A DNA stretch of 63,650 bases, filler included. It is 4 parts of 4 records of this genome, joined end to end, with 100 filler letters (N's around TTAATTAATTAA, not from the genome) between each part and the next. Parts side by side here need not be neighbours in the genome. Positions count along the whole stretch, not along the records: positions 14,920 to 23,958 come from SRR20825006_1188; positions 24,059 to 48,610 come from SRR20825006_1190; 2 more parts are not named here. One strand, written 5' to 3'. Below are positions 18,548 to 29,785 of the stretch, piece after piece. Position 1 is the stretch's first letter. Each line of letters starts with the position of its first letter. The translations under genes and the position numbers were made by a program. The notes below the pieces were generated by a model, which had not been told where the DNA came from, did no database searches, and was given only the letters and a program-made list of their open reading frames with translations.

Positions 18548-19108
18548 TTATCTTGTGATGCCGGCGGGATGATCTGGCCGCGCGATGGGACGCTTCTGAG
18601 TCAGGCGGGCGAAGTCAGCCGCAGTTTGGCCGGGGATCACGTTCAGAAACGCGACCAATTCCCATATTTCGGCATCCGTTTTGGTTCCGGCAAACCCCGG
18701 CATGCCGGTCATCCGCACGCCGTATTTGACAAACTGGAAATCCTCCGCCGCGTCGGGCGCTCGCGTGGCGCTGAACAGGTTGGGCGGTTGCGGGTTCAAA
18801 CCTTTCGAGATTGCGGTGCGCTCCCGATCGGGCGCGCCGTGGCGGGTGATGCAGTTCTGCGCGAAAAGCATGCCGCCCGCAGCAATCTCGCCGGGGGCGC
18901 TGAGGTCGGAGGGTGGCACATTGTCAGCCATCCGCGCGCCTACCGAGTGCTCCATCGTCTGGTGTGTTGCACAATACATCAGACGCGAATGCGGTTGGGT
19001 GGCCGACACATCGTAGATGCCGGAATTGACAAAGATATATCCGCCGATCGCAACTGCGACCGCGCTGACGGCAAGCGTGGCGGCGATGGTAAGGAGCGTA
19101 CGTTTCAT
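18548..19108 (-). CDS. c-type cytochrome homologue with disrupted heme motif (CITRH)
   Basis: N-terminal membrane anchor, GLNPQPPNL, GVRMTGMPGF; the CxxCH position reads CITRH. Confidence 0.75.
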   Translation of the reverse strand: MKRTLLTIAATLAVSAVAVAIGGYIFVNSGIYDVSATQPHSRLMYCATHQTMEHSVGARMADNVPPSDLSAPGEIAAGGMLFAQNCITRHGAPDRERTAISKGLNPQPPNLFSATRAPDAAEDFQFVKYGVRMTGMPGFAGTKTDAEIWELVAFLNVIPGQTAADFARLTQKRPIARPDHPAGITR

Positions 19109-19222
19109 GCGGCGTTTTCCTGTTGGGCGAAATGCGCGTCTCAGGCGCGGAGTGCGATCCGGGCGTTGTGGCGATAGCCGCGCGGGCTGCCTCTGATGAA
19201 GCCGCGCGCGCGACAGGGGGGT

Positions 19223-19870
19223 TCAGCTGATGTGGATGTCGTTCACAACAGAGGTTGTTCCCGGCGCGCTCCAGGCCGTCGCGGCTGCGCGGTTGCGGTC
19301 CGACCACGTGTCGACCCTCCCGGTCAGATGCACCTCGCCGCCCTTGGCGGTGACGTCGATGTGGTCTGTGGAATACCACGACCTGTGCATCGCGTTTTCG
19401 ATGTCGCTTTCGATTTTGATCGGGTTGGGGTGTGTCTTGACCAAGATCTGGTTGGAAACACCTGTCACCCCTGCCAGCGATCGGATCGACCGGGCGATTG
19501 CATCATGCTGATAGCGCCACTCGACATTGCCGGTCAGCGTGATGAAACCCTTCTGCACGCGGACCTTGACGGCATCCTTGGGGATCGAGGCTTCCCAAGC
19601 CAGGCGGTGCAGCGCTGCGGCGGCAATCTCGTCGTCGCTGTGCATGACCATGTCGGAGAGGCGAACCTCGATCTCTTCGACGATGGCGCGGACATTGCGG
19701 ACGCGGCCGGTTGCGCGTTCCGCAGCGGCTTTCTGCCAATATTGCGCGACGTGTCCCGACAGCGTCACCACACCATCCTTCACGGCGACGCCGATATGGT
19801 CGGCGTTGATGCTGGGTTCGAACGCCAGCTCTGCAGTGACCTCGGTTTTGATTTTATGGTCATCGGACAT
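19223..19870 (-). CDS. BON-domain protein (three BON domains, OsmY-like)
   Basis: IGVAVKDGVVTLSGHV, VRVQKGFITLTGNV...GVTGVSNQI, GGEVHLTGRV...GTTSVVNDI; AAGGAG RBS. Confidence 0.9.
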   Translation of the reverse strand: MSDDHKIKTEVTAELAFEPSINADHIGVAVKDGVVTLSGHVAQYWQKAAAERATGRVRNVRAIVEEIEVRLSDMVMHSDDEIAAAALHRLAWEASIPKDAVKVRVQKGFITLTGNVEWRYQHDAIARSIRSLAGVTGVSNQILVKTHPNPIKIESDIENAMHRSWYSTDHIDVTAKGGEVHLTGRVDTWSDRNRAAATAWSAPGTTSVVNDIHIS

Positions 19871-20030
19871 GGGACTCTCCTTTAGGTGAATGAGGGGCGG
19901 AATTGGGCGCGCGGGGCGCTGTCGCGCAGTCGCGCCAAGTGGGTGCGGAAGGTCCGGGTCCTCCGACTTTGAAAAGGCGTCCGGAAGCGCGACCGCGAGG
20001 CGTTTGTCGCCCCGCAGCCGCATGGTCAGA

Positions 20031-20225
20031 TCAGGCCAGCGCGTGCTTGGCCGCGTCCAGTTCCTTGTTGGTCTCGGCGTCGTTCTTGGCGGTGTGCGCC
20101 TTTTCAGCGGCGTCGTAATGCTTTTTCGCCGCATCTTTCTTGGGGCCGGAGGGTGCTTTGTCCCAAGCTGCTTTGACGGATTTCATCTTGTCGGCTGTGG
20201 TGGTCGATTTGTTATCGGAAGTCAT
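20031..20225 (-). CDS. Small Lys/Ala-rich hypothetical protein (64 aa)
   Basis: AAAGGA RBS; VKAAWDKAPSGPKKDAAKKHYDAAEKAH, predicted helical; upstream of the BON gene. Confidence 0.7.
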   Translation of the reverse strand: MTSDNKSTTTADKMKSVKAAWDKAPSGPKKDAAKKHYDAAEKAHTAKNDAETNKELDAAKHALA

Positions 20226-20328
20226 TTGATTGTCCTTTTGAGGACGTCCGCGCACGGGAACTTGACCTTGATTTTCATGGTCGATCGACGTGTGCGAGGC
20301 GTGTGTTCACCGAGGATCGGTGAACTGC

Positions 20329-21345
20329 TCAAGCTATCGCACCGCCGTCATCCATCCATACTGATGTAGGTTGGTCTGCCCCCGTGAAGCCGGAGGTTTT
20401 CCCGTGGGACGCTGCCCTTGGGCGGAGATTGGCCGGTTCGGGCAGGACACGCGTCCCGGCAAAGCCTTCGAGGATGGCGCGTGCATCTGACAATTGGCCA
20501 ATGCCTGCGATCTTGCCGCTGGCTCTGACGAATGTGGTGGCGGCTTCGACCTTCGGCCCCATCGACCCTGCCGCGAGGTTCAGCGCAAGGAGGGTCGAGG
20601 GCGTCGTCCTGCCGATGGCAAGCTGGGTGTCGGTGCCCCAGTCGCGAAAGACGGCAACGACATCGGTAAGCAGAAGCAAGGCATCCGCCTTGAGGTCAAG
20701 CGCCAGCAGTGCCGCCGTTCGATCCTTGTCGATCACCGCCTCGACGCCCTCCATATCGCCCTGCGCATTGCGCCTGACCGGAATGCCACCGCCCCCCGCA
20801 CAGACCACGCAGTGACCCGCGTCAAGCAGCAGGCGGATCGCGTCGATCCCCAGGATCCGCTGGGGCAGGGGGGACGGCACCACGCGGCGCATCTGCCCCT
20901 TTTGCTCCGCGACCATCGACCAGCCATGCTCCGCCACGGCCTGATCGGCCTCGGCTTTGGAATAGACCGGGCCAATGGGTTTGTTCGGGCTGTCAAAGGC
21001 GGGATCTTTCCCCTCGACTTCGACCCGGCTCAGCAACGTGGTGCAATGCGCATCCTTGGGCAGGGCATTCATCAACTCCTGTTCGATCAGGTAGCCAATC
21101 ATACCTTCTGTCTCTGCGCCCAGTACATCAAGGGGCCATGGTCGGGCAGCGTCAAAAGCCATCCCTTGCAACGCCAGCAGACCGACCTGCGGGCCATTGC
21201 CATGCGCAACCACGATCTGGTTGTCGCGGGCGAGGTCGGCGATGGCCTTGGCCGCGATCCGCACATTGGTGCGCTGCGCCTCCGCTGTCATCGGCTCGCC
21301 CCGCCGCAGCAGGGCGTTGCCCCCCAAGGCCACCACGACGCTCAT
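20329..21345 (-). CDS. arcC: Carbamate kinase
   Basis: [56 protein letters not shown]. Confidence 0.92.
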   Translation of the reverse strand: MSVVVALGGNALLRRGEPMTAEAQRTNVRIAAKAIADLARDNQIVVAHGNGPQVGLLALQGMAFDAARPWPLDVLGAETEGMIGYLIEQELMNALPKDAHCTTLLSRVEVEGKDPAFDSPNKPIGPVYSKAEADQAVAEHGWSMVAEQKGQMRRVVPSPLPQRILGIDAIRLLLDAGHCVVCAGGGGIPVRRNAQGDMEGVEAVIDKDRTAALLALDLKADALLLLTDVVAVFRDWGTDTQLAIGRTTPSTLLALNLAAGSMGPKVEAATTFVRASGKIAGIGQLSDARAILEGFAGTRVLPEPANLRPRAASHGKTSGFTGADQPTSVWMDDGGAIA

Positions 21346-22684
21346 GGCAGTGATGAGCGGGTCGACCAATGCGGGCGCGGCGTTTGATTTGCGCGCGACG
21401 GCGCGTGCCGCCGACAGCACCTACGCCGGGATCGTGCGTCTGGTGGAAACCGCGCAACGCTCGAAGGCTCCGATGGCGCGATTGGCGGATCGCTACGCGC
21501 TGCTTTTTCTGGCCGTCACGGTCGCCTTGGCGGGCGCGGCTTGGTGGTTCACCGGCGATCCGATCCGGGCCGTCGCCGTTCTGGTTGTCGCCACGCCGTG
21601 TCCGCTGATCCTCGCTGTTCCCGTCGCGCTGGTGGCGGGCCTTTCGCGCGCTGCGCGGTTCGGCGTGCTGATCAAGGGCGCGAAGCCGTTGGAGGCGATG
21701 GCGCGCATCAAGACATTGATCGTGGACAAGACCGGCACGCTGACGGACGGGCGACCGGGGATCGTGTCGATCACGGGGACGGGGGCGCTGAGCGAGGACG
21801 AGGTTCTCTACTTCGCCGCCTCCTTCGATCAGGCGTCCCAGCATCCGGTGGCCCAAGCGGTCGTGGCCGCCGCCCGCGCGCGCGGGCAAACCCTGCCGGT
21901 CCCGACCGATGTGATCGAGACACCGGGCGAAGGCGTTGCAGGCCGGGTGGGGGACCGCGATGTGCTGGTCGGTGGCACAGGTTTTGTCGCGGCGCAGACG
22001 GGGGCAGAGGTCACCGGGGTGGAAGAACCTGGCGCTGTGATCGTGGCCGTCGCGGTTGATGGCCGGGCGGCGGGCCATCTTGTCATGGCAGATTCCCTGC
22101 GGCCCGGCATCCCTGCGCTCCTGCAGGCGTTACGTCGCACCGGAATTGACCGGATCGTGCTTGCAACGGGTGACCGCCACGATGTGGCAGAGGCCCTGAC
22201 GCTTGGTTTGGGTCTTGATGGCGTCAATGCTGATCTCACGCCGGACAGGAAGGTGCAAATCGTTGTTGATGCGCGGAAAACCGGGCCTGTGATGATGGTT
22301 GGCGACGGCGTGAACGATGCACCTGCGTTGGCAGCGGCGGATGTTGGTGTCGCCATGGGCGCACGCGGTGCGGCTGCTTCGGCCGAGGCCGCGGATGTCG
22401 TGTTGCTGGTCGATGATCTGGGGCGATTGCTTCCCGGTCTGATTATCGCGCGGGGGGCGCGCCGCATTGCGCTGCAAAGTGTGGCTGCGGGCATCGGCCT
22501 GTCGGTCGCGGGCATGATCGCGGCGGCGCTGGGCTATCTGACGCCGGTTCAGGGTGCGGTGATGCAGGAGATTATCGACGTGGCCGTGATCCTGAATGCC
22601 CTGCGGGCGCTGCGGATTGACCCCGGGCAGCCTATGATTGAGGCCGACGAACGGGTGCGCCCATTGGAAAGGCGGGCAGCATGA
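21344..22684 (+). pseudogene. Heavy-metal P1B-type ATPase (TPCP type), N-terminally truncated
   Basis: ATPCPL, DKTGTLT, SQHP, TGD, GDGVND and QEIID are present. The N-terminal TM helices and the actuator TGE loop are missing, and the ORF starts mid-actuator (VMSGSTN). Confidence 0.8.
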
Positions 22685-23811
22685 ACACGACCCTCGCCAC
22701 AGCCGGGACATTCGTCGCCACCCGCACCGGTCCCAAGCTGATTGTCACGGGCGCTTTGCATATCGACACTGTCGCCGCCGTCGACCGCAGCGGGCTGTTC
22801 AATCAGGCCCGCGAGGCGACGATGATCGACCTCGGCGGCCTGACCCGCATGGACACCGCCGGCGCGTGGCTTGTGGTTGATCTGCAATCGCGTCTGAGTA
22901 CGGCGGGGCGCACTCCCACCCTCGAAGGCGCGAGCGAGGCGCAGGCGCAGCTGATCGAAACCGTCCGCCACAGCATGCCGCCCGCCGACACGGTAGAAGT
23001 GCTGCGATCATCGCTGGCCGATCACCTCGAGATCCTCGGGCGGACGGTCGTGGGCCGCGCGCGCAAGGCGATTGCGCTGGTCTCGTTCCTCGGGCAGGTC
23101 GTTGCGACCCTCGCGGGGATCGTGATCCATCCAGGCCGTCTGCGTCTGACGTCGCTGGTGCATCACTGCCAAGAGGTCGGGCTGAATGCCGTGCCCATCG
23201 TTGCGCTGATGGCGTTTCTGATCGGCGTCGTGCTGGCGTTTCAGGGGGCCACCCAGCTGCGCCAGTTCGGGGCGGAGGTATTCGTCGTCGATCTGATCGC
23301 CATTTCCGTCCTGCGCGAACTGGGCATCCTGCTGACCGCGATCATCGTAGCGGGGCGGTCCGGGTCTGCCTTTACTGCCGCCATCGGCTCTATGAAAATG
23401 CGCGAGGAGATCGACGCGATGCGCACCATCGGGCTGGACCCGGTGACGATCCTCGTGGTGCCGCGCGTGCTGGCGCTGATGCTTATGCTGCCTGCACTTG
23501 GCTTCATCGCCGATATCGCCGGGCTGGTCGGCGGCGCGGTGATGTCGTGGATTGATCTGGGCGTCTCGCCTGCCGTTTTCCAGTCGCGGCTGGTCAGCAA
23601 CACGGACGTCTGGCACTTTGGTGTGGGCATGATCAAGGCGCCCTTCTTTGCACTGATCATCGGGATTATCGGCTGCTTCGAGGGTCTGCGCGTTGGCGGC
23701 GATGCGGAATCGCTGGGCCGGCTGACCTCTACCTCCGTCGTGCTGTCGATTTTCATGGTCATCGTCGCGGACGCCATGTTCTCCATCTTCTTTGCCATCG
23801 TGGGGGTGTGA
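22681..23811 (+). CDS. mlaE: MlaE-family ABC permease with N-terminal STAS-like domain
   Basis: MDTAGAW, LRELGILLTAIIVAGRSGSAFTA, EEIDAM. Confidence 0.88.
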   Translation: MNTTLATAGTFVATRTGPKLIVTGALHIDTVAAVDRSGLFNQAREATMIDLGGLTRMDTAGAWLVVDLQSRLSTAGRTPTLEGASEAQAQLIETVRHSMPPADTVEVLRSSLADHLEILGRTVVGRARKAIALVSFLGQVVATLAGIVIHPGRLRLTSLVHHCQEVGLNAVPIVALMAFLIGVVLAFQGATQLRQFGAEVFVVDLIAISVLRELGILLTAIIVAGRSGSAFTAAIGSMKMREEIDAMRTIGLDPVTILVVPRVLALMLMLPALGFIADIAGLVGGAVMSWIDLGVSPAVFQSRLVSNTDVWHFGVGMIKAPFFALIIGIIGCFEGLRVGGDAESLGRLTSTSVVLSIFMVIVADAMFSIFFAIVGV

Positions 23812-23958
23812 TGACTGATACCGCCGACGACCACATCATCCGCGTGCAGGGGCTCGTCACCCGTTTCGGCGCGCATACGGTTCACGACGGCCTCGACCTT
23901 GATGTGCGCAGGGGCGAGATTATCGGGGTCGTGGGCGGCTCCGGCACCGGCAAGTCGG
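23811..23958 (+). CDS. mlaF: MlaF-like ABC ATP-binding protein, 5' fragment
   Basis: VHDGLDLDVRRGEIIGVVGGSGTGKS (Walker A); cut by the linker. Confidence 0.85.
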
Positions 23959-24058
23959 NNNNNNNNNNNNNNNNNNNNNNNNNNNNNNNNNNNNNNNNNN
24001 NNTTAATTAATTAANNNNNNNNNNNNNNNNNNNNNNNNNNNNNNNNNNNNNNNNNNNN
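23959..24058. other. Artificial contig linker
   Basis: N-run with TTAATTAATTAA. Confidence 0.98.
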
Positions 24059-25153
24059 CATCAACGGAATGGTAAGCGATCCGGTCGCCACCACGTTCCC
24101 GGCCGAGGTGCCATTAATCATCCCCATCAAACCGGATGCAAAAATCGCAACCTTGGCGGGGCCACCACGGGCACGTCCGGCAACCGAAAAGGCAAAGTTG
24201 ACGAAATAGTCACCGACTTTGGATGCCTGCAGGAATGCAGCAAAGATAATAAATAGAATGATGTAGGTCGAGGAAACCGCCGTCGTTGGGCCAAGAATAC
24301 CGGCATCGGTGTAAACTTGGCTGAAGAACCGCTGCCAGGTGATTGCCGGTGATTGCAGGAAGCCTGGCAGGAATTGACCAACAAAGACGTAGACCAAAAA
24401 GATCGAAGCAATGATCACGAGAGCTAAACCTGCCACACGGCGGGTAAGCTCCATGATCAGCAACGTTCCTGAAATCGCAGCAATTGAAATGCCAATCGGT
24501 GCGAACGGCGTCCCTGTCGAGTTACGCATCAAGGTGCCATAGATCGTGATCAAATAGATCGCAACGGCAAGTGCGCACACAGTAAGGACGAAGTCAGGTG
24601 GAGAATATTTGTCACGGGTGGTTTTATGGAACCATGAGAGCACAATGGCGCCAACTGTCGCAGCCATCAAAGGCGCACCAAATACCCACGTTTCATTGAA
24701 TTTAATCCGGGCATCCATTCCGTTCCACATGACACCATTATCAATTTCAAAGTAGAAACTGATCGCAGCACCAACGGCAACAAAGGCCGGGACAAGCAAC
24801 ACATAGGACAGATAGCCAAGCAGTGGTGTTTCATTACCCGTATCGTCAGAAAACTGGCTTGCCGAGTACCAGAGAAAACCAAGTGCTAATGCGCCCGCGA
24901 CGTGGACGATACGGAAATTCCACGTCTCAAGCGGGAAATCAGGTAGGAAACCCAAATTAACAAACCCACCTGTCATGCCTGACAGCGAGACACCATTAAG
25001 GGCCAACATATGGAACGCGGCATAGATCGCAGCCGAGATTGTAATAAATGTTAGCCCCCGCCCCTGAAATAGACGGCGGTTGCTTTCAACCGGTTCATCA
25101 TCAACACCATCGGCGATGAGATGTTCGTCTTCCATTTTAGTCGGTTCGGTCAT
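24059..25153 (-). CDS. TRAP transporter fused 4TM/12TM permease (TAXI type), 3' truncated
   Basis: GGPAKVAIFASGLMGMINGTSAGNVVATGSLTIPLM; follows a TAXI receptor. Confidence 0.9.
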
Positions 25154-25213
25154 CAGGTTTCCCCACACTCTTGTTCGTTTGTTTTTGGCAAGATTCTTTG
25201 CGGCGATTGAGTC

Positions 25214-25247
25214 AAAGCGGGCCGCCAACGACTGGCGGCCCGCCTTT
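25214..25247 (-). terminator. Intercistronic hairpin after the TAXI receptor
   Basis: GCGGGCCGCCA / TGGCGGCCCGC stem with A and T flanks. Confidence 0.6.
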
Positions 25248-25268
25248 CGGCGTAAAAATCAGGCTGAC

Positions 25269-26243
25269 TTAATAAATCATGTCAGCCGGAATGGATCCGC
25301 CATTTTCATTGAACCATTTGGCCGCACCCGGGTGCCATTTCATGACTTTGTTCTTGTCCCAGTTGCTTGGAACAGTAGAACGCGCAGCACGGTGGATTGA
25401 AACCATGCGGTCATTGTCAGACATGACAACGTTGGTTGCTTCATAAACGAAGCTTTCCGGAAGATCGCAATTAGCAATTGCAAAGTTCCACATGGAAACC
25501 GAACGTGCCGGTGCAGTCAGTGTCGTGTAGGTGTCAGCAGCAATGTCAAATCCAGATACCGGGAAGGCATCCATGATCTTGGTCTGTTCGTCAGCGGTGA
25601 ACTCGATGATGTTCACATCAGTCTGAACTTCAAGCTGACTGACAGCAGGAACCGGAACGCCAGCGGCGAACGCGATCACGTCAAGCAGGCCATCCTGAAG
25701 TTGGCCACCAAGGTCGGACCAGCCGCCATTGCGGCGTTCGAAGTTTACACCAAGTTCTTCAAGCATACGCGGGAAGTAGGTGTCCGAGGTGGAGCCCGCC
25801 GGGCCGAAGCCGATTTTTGCACCTGCTGGAATTTCCGATACCGACTTGATCCCGGAAGATGACAGTGCGGTGATCGAGAAAGGTGTCTGGTACATCGGGA
25901 ACATTGCACAGGCTTTGTCCATCTTAACGCCCGGTGCAATCGGGTTGGTGCCCGCAAGCGATTCAGCCGCCGGCCCCATCGTGGTCATGCCAAATGCGGC
26001 TTCACCAGTGTGAACAAGTGCCATGTTCTGCATTGGGCCGCCGGTGACTTCACCGCCGCCCGAAATGCCAAGTTCTTCAGCTACGAGGTTTGCCCAGCCC
26101 GAACCGTATGCGAAAAAGGTGCCGCCCTGCGATGCGGTTCCTACGGTGAAACTGTCTGGCCATCCGGCACGATCCTGTGCAACGGCAGCGGTGCTCCCGA
26201 AAGCGAACGCGACCGCCATCCCTGCAAATAAAGCGCGTTTCAT
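25269..26243 (-). CDS. TAXI family TRAP solute-binding protein
   Basis: Signal peptide, GTASQGGTFFAYG, TGGPMQN, WHPGAAKWF; GGAGG RBS. Confidence 0.9.
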   Translation of the reverse strand: MKRALFAGMAVAFAFGSTAAVAQDRAGWPDSFTVGTASQGGTFFAYGSGWANLVAEELGISGGGEVTGGPMQNMALVHTGEAAFGMTTMGPAAESLAGTNPIAPGVKMDKACAMFPMYQTPFSITALSSSGIKSVSEIPAGAKIGFGPAGSTSDTYFPRMLEELGVNFERRNGGWSDLGGQLQDGLLDVIAFAAGVPVPAVSQLEVQTDVNIIEFTADEQTKIMDAFPVSGFDIAADTYTTLTAPARSVSMWNFAIANCDLPESFVYEATNVVMSDNDRMVSIHRAARSTVPSNWDKNKVMKWHPGAAKWFNENGGSIPADMIY

Positions 26244-26543
26244 TTTATTTCCTCCGTTAAACGGTAGTTTATACGACTTTGCCCCCAAAGGAGTTCACAC
26301 ATATGGGGAACCTCAAGGTTGAAGGCAATGTGGTCTATTATCAATAACTAAATCCGTTACATTGCATAGTGATGTTGATCTCTTGCTCTATGCGACTTTC
26401 GTTGAACGGCCTTAGCAGTATCCCACTGAGCACGTATAATCGAATTTACTCAACTAATCATTTGTCTGATGATATAATCGCTTGTAATCGTGGAATAACA
26501 TTACAATCTATCTGAATGGTTAGACCTTTGCTTGGGGGACTGG

Positions 26544-28490
26544 ATGTCGTTAAATATTGGCAGTCGAATTTTGCTTGCCGCAGCGTTGATCGTTGTGGCC
26601 ACATTTGTCGCCTTCATTCTGTATTTTGACTTTCAGCAACGCACCTCCATTCAAAGTGCGCTTCAGTCGAAACTGACAGAAAGCGGATCTCTTGCGACGG
26701 CAGGCATATCGAACTGGCTGGATGGTCGCAGGCTTTTGGTTGAAAGCCTTGCAAACAATATTGCACGCGATAGCTCCCCCGAGGCTGTAAGCGAAGTTGC
26801 CAGCGGTGAAGCGTTGGTTGAGTCCTTTATCTTTTCCTATTTCGGCAGTGCAGACGGCGTCATGACAATGTATCCGCCAGATGACCTGCCCCCTGATTAC
26901 GATCCACGCAAACGCCCATGGTATGGTGATGCTGTCGCCATCGGCGACAGTACATTGACCGAACCTTATACAGATGCATCGACCGGTCAGTTGATTGTGA
27001 CGGCTACCACCCCCGTGCTTGACGGATCCAAGCTGCTTGGTGTTGTCGGTGGGGATATCGACATCACCATTCTGGGCGATCTCGTGCGCAGCATTGATTT
27101 GGGCGGGATCGGCTATGCCTTCATGGTCAATGATCAGGGCACCGTTATCATTCACCCCAATGCCGACTTCACCCTAAAACCAATCGCAGAGGTCTTCCCG
27201 GAAAACACGCCAACCGTGGCGGAAGGCATGGAAAGTGTCGTCAACGGTACCGGCGATCAGTTGTTTACTTTCTTCCGGGTCGATAGATTGCCGTCGGTCA
27301 ACTGGTATCTGGGCTTTGCACTTGATCGTGACGCTGCTTATGCATCCCTTAGCGAATTCCGCTATACCGCGATCATTACTGCGATTGTTGCGGTGTTGGC
27401 CATTATGGGCCTGATGGGAATATTGGTCCGCAGTTGGGTTTCGCGTCCCGTGCTGAGTATGACGTCGGCAATGACCCGGCTTGCCAACGGCGAGCATAAT
27501 GTTGAAGTGCCTGGAACTGATCTTAAGGACGAGATTGGTGCAATGGCTGCCGCTGTGCTGGTGTTCAAGAACAATGCCGCCGAAGTTGACCGACTGGCGC
27601 GCGAGAATGAACAGGCCACAAAACGGTCCGCTGAAGAACGAAAACGCGCGCTTGATCAAATGGCAGACAATTTTGAGAAAAGCGTGCTTTCGATTGTCGA
27701 AACAGTTGCCGAAGCGGCAGAGCGTACTCAAACGGTCGCAACCCAGCTTTCGGCAAATGCCGAAGAGTCCACTGCCCGTGCAGCCGCTGTATCCAATGCG
27801 GCGAATATTACGACAGAAAACGTTCAGGCCGTTGCATCCGCGACCGAGGAACTTTCTGCAGCCATTCGCGAGATCGGTGCACAGGTTACCCAGTCTATTA
27901 GCGTAGCAACAGAGGCCGTGGATGGGGTCAACAACACGACAGCAACGGTGACCGAACTGGCCGAAGCCGCCGAGCGGATTGGCAAAGTTGTCGGCCTTAT
28001 TCAGGATATTGCGGGTCAAACAAACCTGCTGGCACTTAATGCCACCATTGAAGCCGCCCGTGCTGGCGATGCAGGTAAGGGCTTCGCCGTTGTTGCCGGC
28101 GAAGTGAAATCACTTGCCAACCAGACCGACAAAGCGACCGGAGATATCCAAACCCAAGTGGACGGAATTCAGGGGTCTTCTGCCCGCTCTGTCTCAGAGA
28201 TTGAATCAATCTCAACAACCATCGAACGCATCAATGAGTTTTGTAATGCGATTGCTGCTGCTGTCGAACAGCAAGGAGCTGCAACACGCGAGATCGCCGA
28301 TAGCGTTCAACGTGCAGCATCGGGCACGCAAGAAGTTTCCCAAAACGTTTCGGCAGTGTCGGATGCATCAAACATGGTGAGCGAAGAAGCCAATTCGCTT
28401 CTTACATCATCACGAGAGATGCGTGAGCTGGCCCAGCGATTGCGCGAAGAAGTTCTTGGGTTCCTGAAATCTGTTCGCGACAACAAATAA
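26544..28490 (+). CDS. Methyl-accepting chemotaxis protein with dCache_1 amino-acid sensor and HAMP
   Basis: Two TMs, YDPRKRPWY...PYTD...[47 protein letters not shown]. Confidence 0.93.
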   Translation: MSLNIGSRILLAAALIVVATFVAFILYFDFQQRTSIQSALQSKLTESGSLATAGISNWLDGRRLLVESLANNIARDSSPEAVSEVASGEALVESFIFSYFGSADGVMTMYPPDDLPPDYDPRKRPWYGDAVAIGDSTLTEPYTDASTGQLIVTATTPVLDGSKLLGVVGGDIDITILGDLVRSIDLGGIGYAFMVNDQGTVIIHPNADFTLKPIAEVFPENTPTVAEGMESVVNGTGDQLFTFFRVDRLPSVNWYLGFALDRDAAYASLSEFRYTAIITAIVAVLAIMGLMGILVRSWVSRPVLSMTSAMTRLANGEHNVEVPGTDLKDEIGAMAAAVLVFKNNAAEVDRLARENEQATKRSAEERKRALDQMADNFEKSVLSIVETVAEAAERTQTVATQLSANAEESTARAAAVSNAANITTENVQAVASATEELSAAIREIGAQVTQSISVATEAVDGVNNTTATVTELAEAAERIGKVVGLIQDIAGQTNLLALNATIEAARAGDAGKGFAVVAGEVKSLANQTDKATGDIQTQVDGIQGSSARSVSEIESISTTIERINEFCNAIAAAVEQQGAATREIADSVQRAASGTQEVSQNVSAVSDASNMVSEEANSLLTSSREMRELAQRLREEVLGFLKSVRDNK

Positions 28491-28515
28491 TCGGATCTGG
28501 TTGCAGGTTCGAACC

Positions 28516-28559
28516 AAACACCATCGACCTCATGAAACAGGTCGGTGGTGTTTTTATTT
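28516..28559 (+). terminator. Rho-independent terminator after the MCP gene
   Basis: AAACACCATCGACCT / AGGTCGGTGGTGTTT stem followed by a T-rich tail. Confidence 0.75.
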
Positions 28560-28923
28560 GTGATCGGGTTTGGGAAAAAAATCTGGTGTCAACTGCGAGA
28601 TTATGAGGAGTCTATAGAACATCGTCCTGATCATTTGATCGCAGTCATAGCATTGCCCGAATATCGACTGTGGTTTTTCATTGCGTAAAATCCCTTGCTC
28701 ATGCACGATTCGTGCGATGCGGTTCTTGCTTGTGATGATTAACCGTCTGAAACCGCTGTTTTCTTCATAAAACTGCAAAAAATCAGTGGAAATACTCTCA
28801 TCGGATGGGCAATTATTGACGGAATGAGAGGCGCGTTAGCGTGTCTTGTGGGGGAGCATCTGATTACAGGTGCTAAGACAACCGAAAAACTGAGACTCTC
28901 AACAGGGGAATTTTTAACTCGAT

Positions 28924-29697
28924 ATGAGCAAAAACATACCCGCCCTTCAGGTCGAAGGAATGTTCAAAAGTTTTGGGGATCATGAAGTCCTCAAAGGAAT
29001 AGACCTTGCGGCCAATACAGGCGACGTAATTTCGATTATTGGCTCCTCTGGATCAGGCAAAAGTACTTTTCTGCGGTGTATCAATCTGCTTGAAACCCCG
29101 AATGCGGGGAAAGTCCACGTTCACGGCGAACTTATTCGCATGAAGACGCTTAAGGACGGATCGCAGGATGCCGCAGATAAAAAACAGCTCCAGCGCATTC
29201 GAACCAAACTGGCAATGGTTTTTCAAAGCTTCAATCTTTGGAGCCACCTGACCATTCTGGAAAACGTTATCGAAGCACCGGTTCATGTTCTTGGCATTCC
29301 TAAGAAAGAAGCAATCGAGCGTGCAGATGCCTTGCTTCATAAAGTCGGAATGTTTGAGCGCCGTGATTATTATCCGGGCCATGTATCTGGTGGCCAGCAA
29401 CAGCGTGCTGCGATTGCGCGTGCGCTTGCGATTGAACCCGAAGTTTTATTGTTTGACGAGCCGACCTCGGCCCTTGACCCGGAACTGGTGGGTGAAGTGC
29501 TGAAAGTCATGACTGATCTGGCCGAAGAAGGCCGCACGATGTTGGTCGTCACACATGAAATGGGCTTCGCAAAGGGCGTATCGAGCCACGTAATGTATTT
29601 GCATCAGGGACGGGTTGAGGAATTTGGCAATCCGGCTGATGTATTTGAGAATCCAAAGTCAGAACGCATGAAGCAATTTCTTCAGCGGGACTTCTGA
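28924..29697 (+). CDS. hisP: Polar amino acid (His/Arg/Orn/Lys) ABC ATP-binding protein
   Basis: [32 protein letters not shown]. Confidence 0.88.
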   Translation: MSKNIPALQVEGMFKSFGDHEVLKGIDLAANTGDVISIIGSSGSGKSTFLRCINLLETPNAGKVHVHGELIRMKTLKDGSQDAADKKQLQRIRTKLAMVFQSFNLWSHLTILENVIEAPVHVLGIPKKEAIERADALLHKVGMFERRDYYPGHVSGGQQQRAAIARALAIEPEVLLFDEPTSALDPELVGEVLKVMTDLAEEGRTMLVVTHEMGFAKGVSSHVMYLHQGRVEEFGNPADVFENPKSERMKQFLQRDF

Positions 29698-29785
29698 TTT
29701 GGGCAGGCCGTGATTTGTGTGGTCACGGTCGCAAGGATGGGAGCAAGGAATTGTGCGCCATTCCAATTAACAAGGGAGAGTTTGA

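Noticed and set aside
19871-20134. N-terminal extension of the BON ORF in the track
   Set aside because: It overlaps the small gene at 20031-20225 in another frame; the RBS supports a start at 19870.
20262-20280. Possible FNR boxes upstream of the small protein and BON genes
   Set aside because: Only TTGA half-sites; the right half does not match ATCAA.
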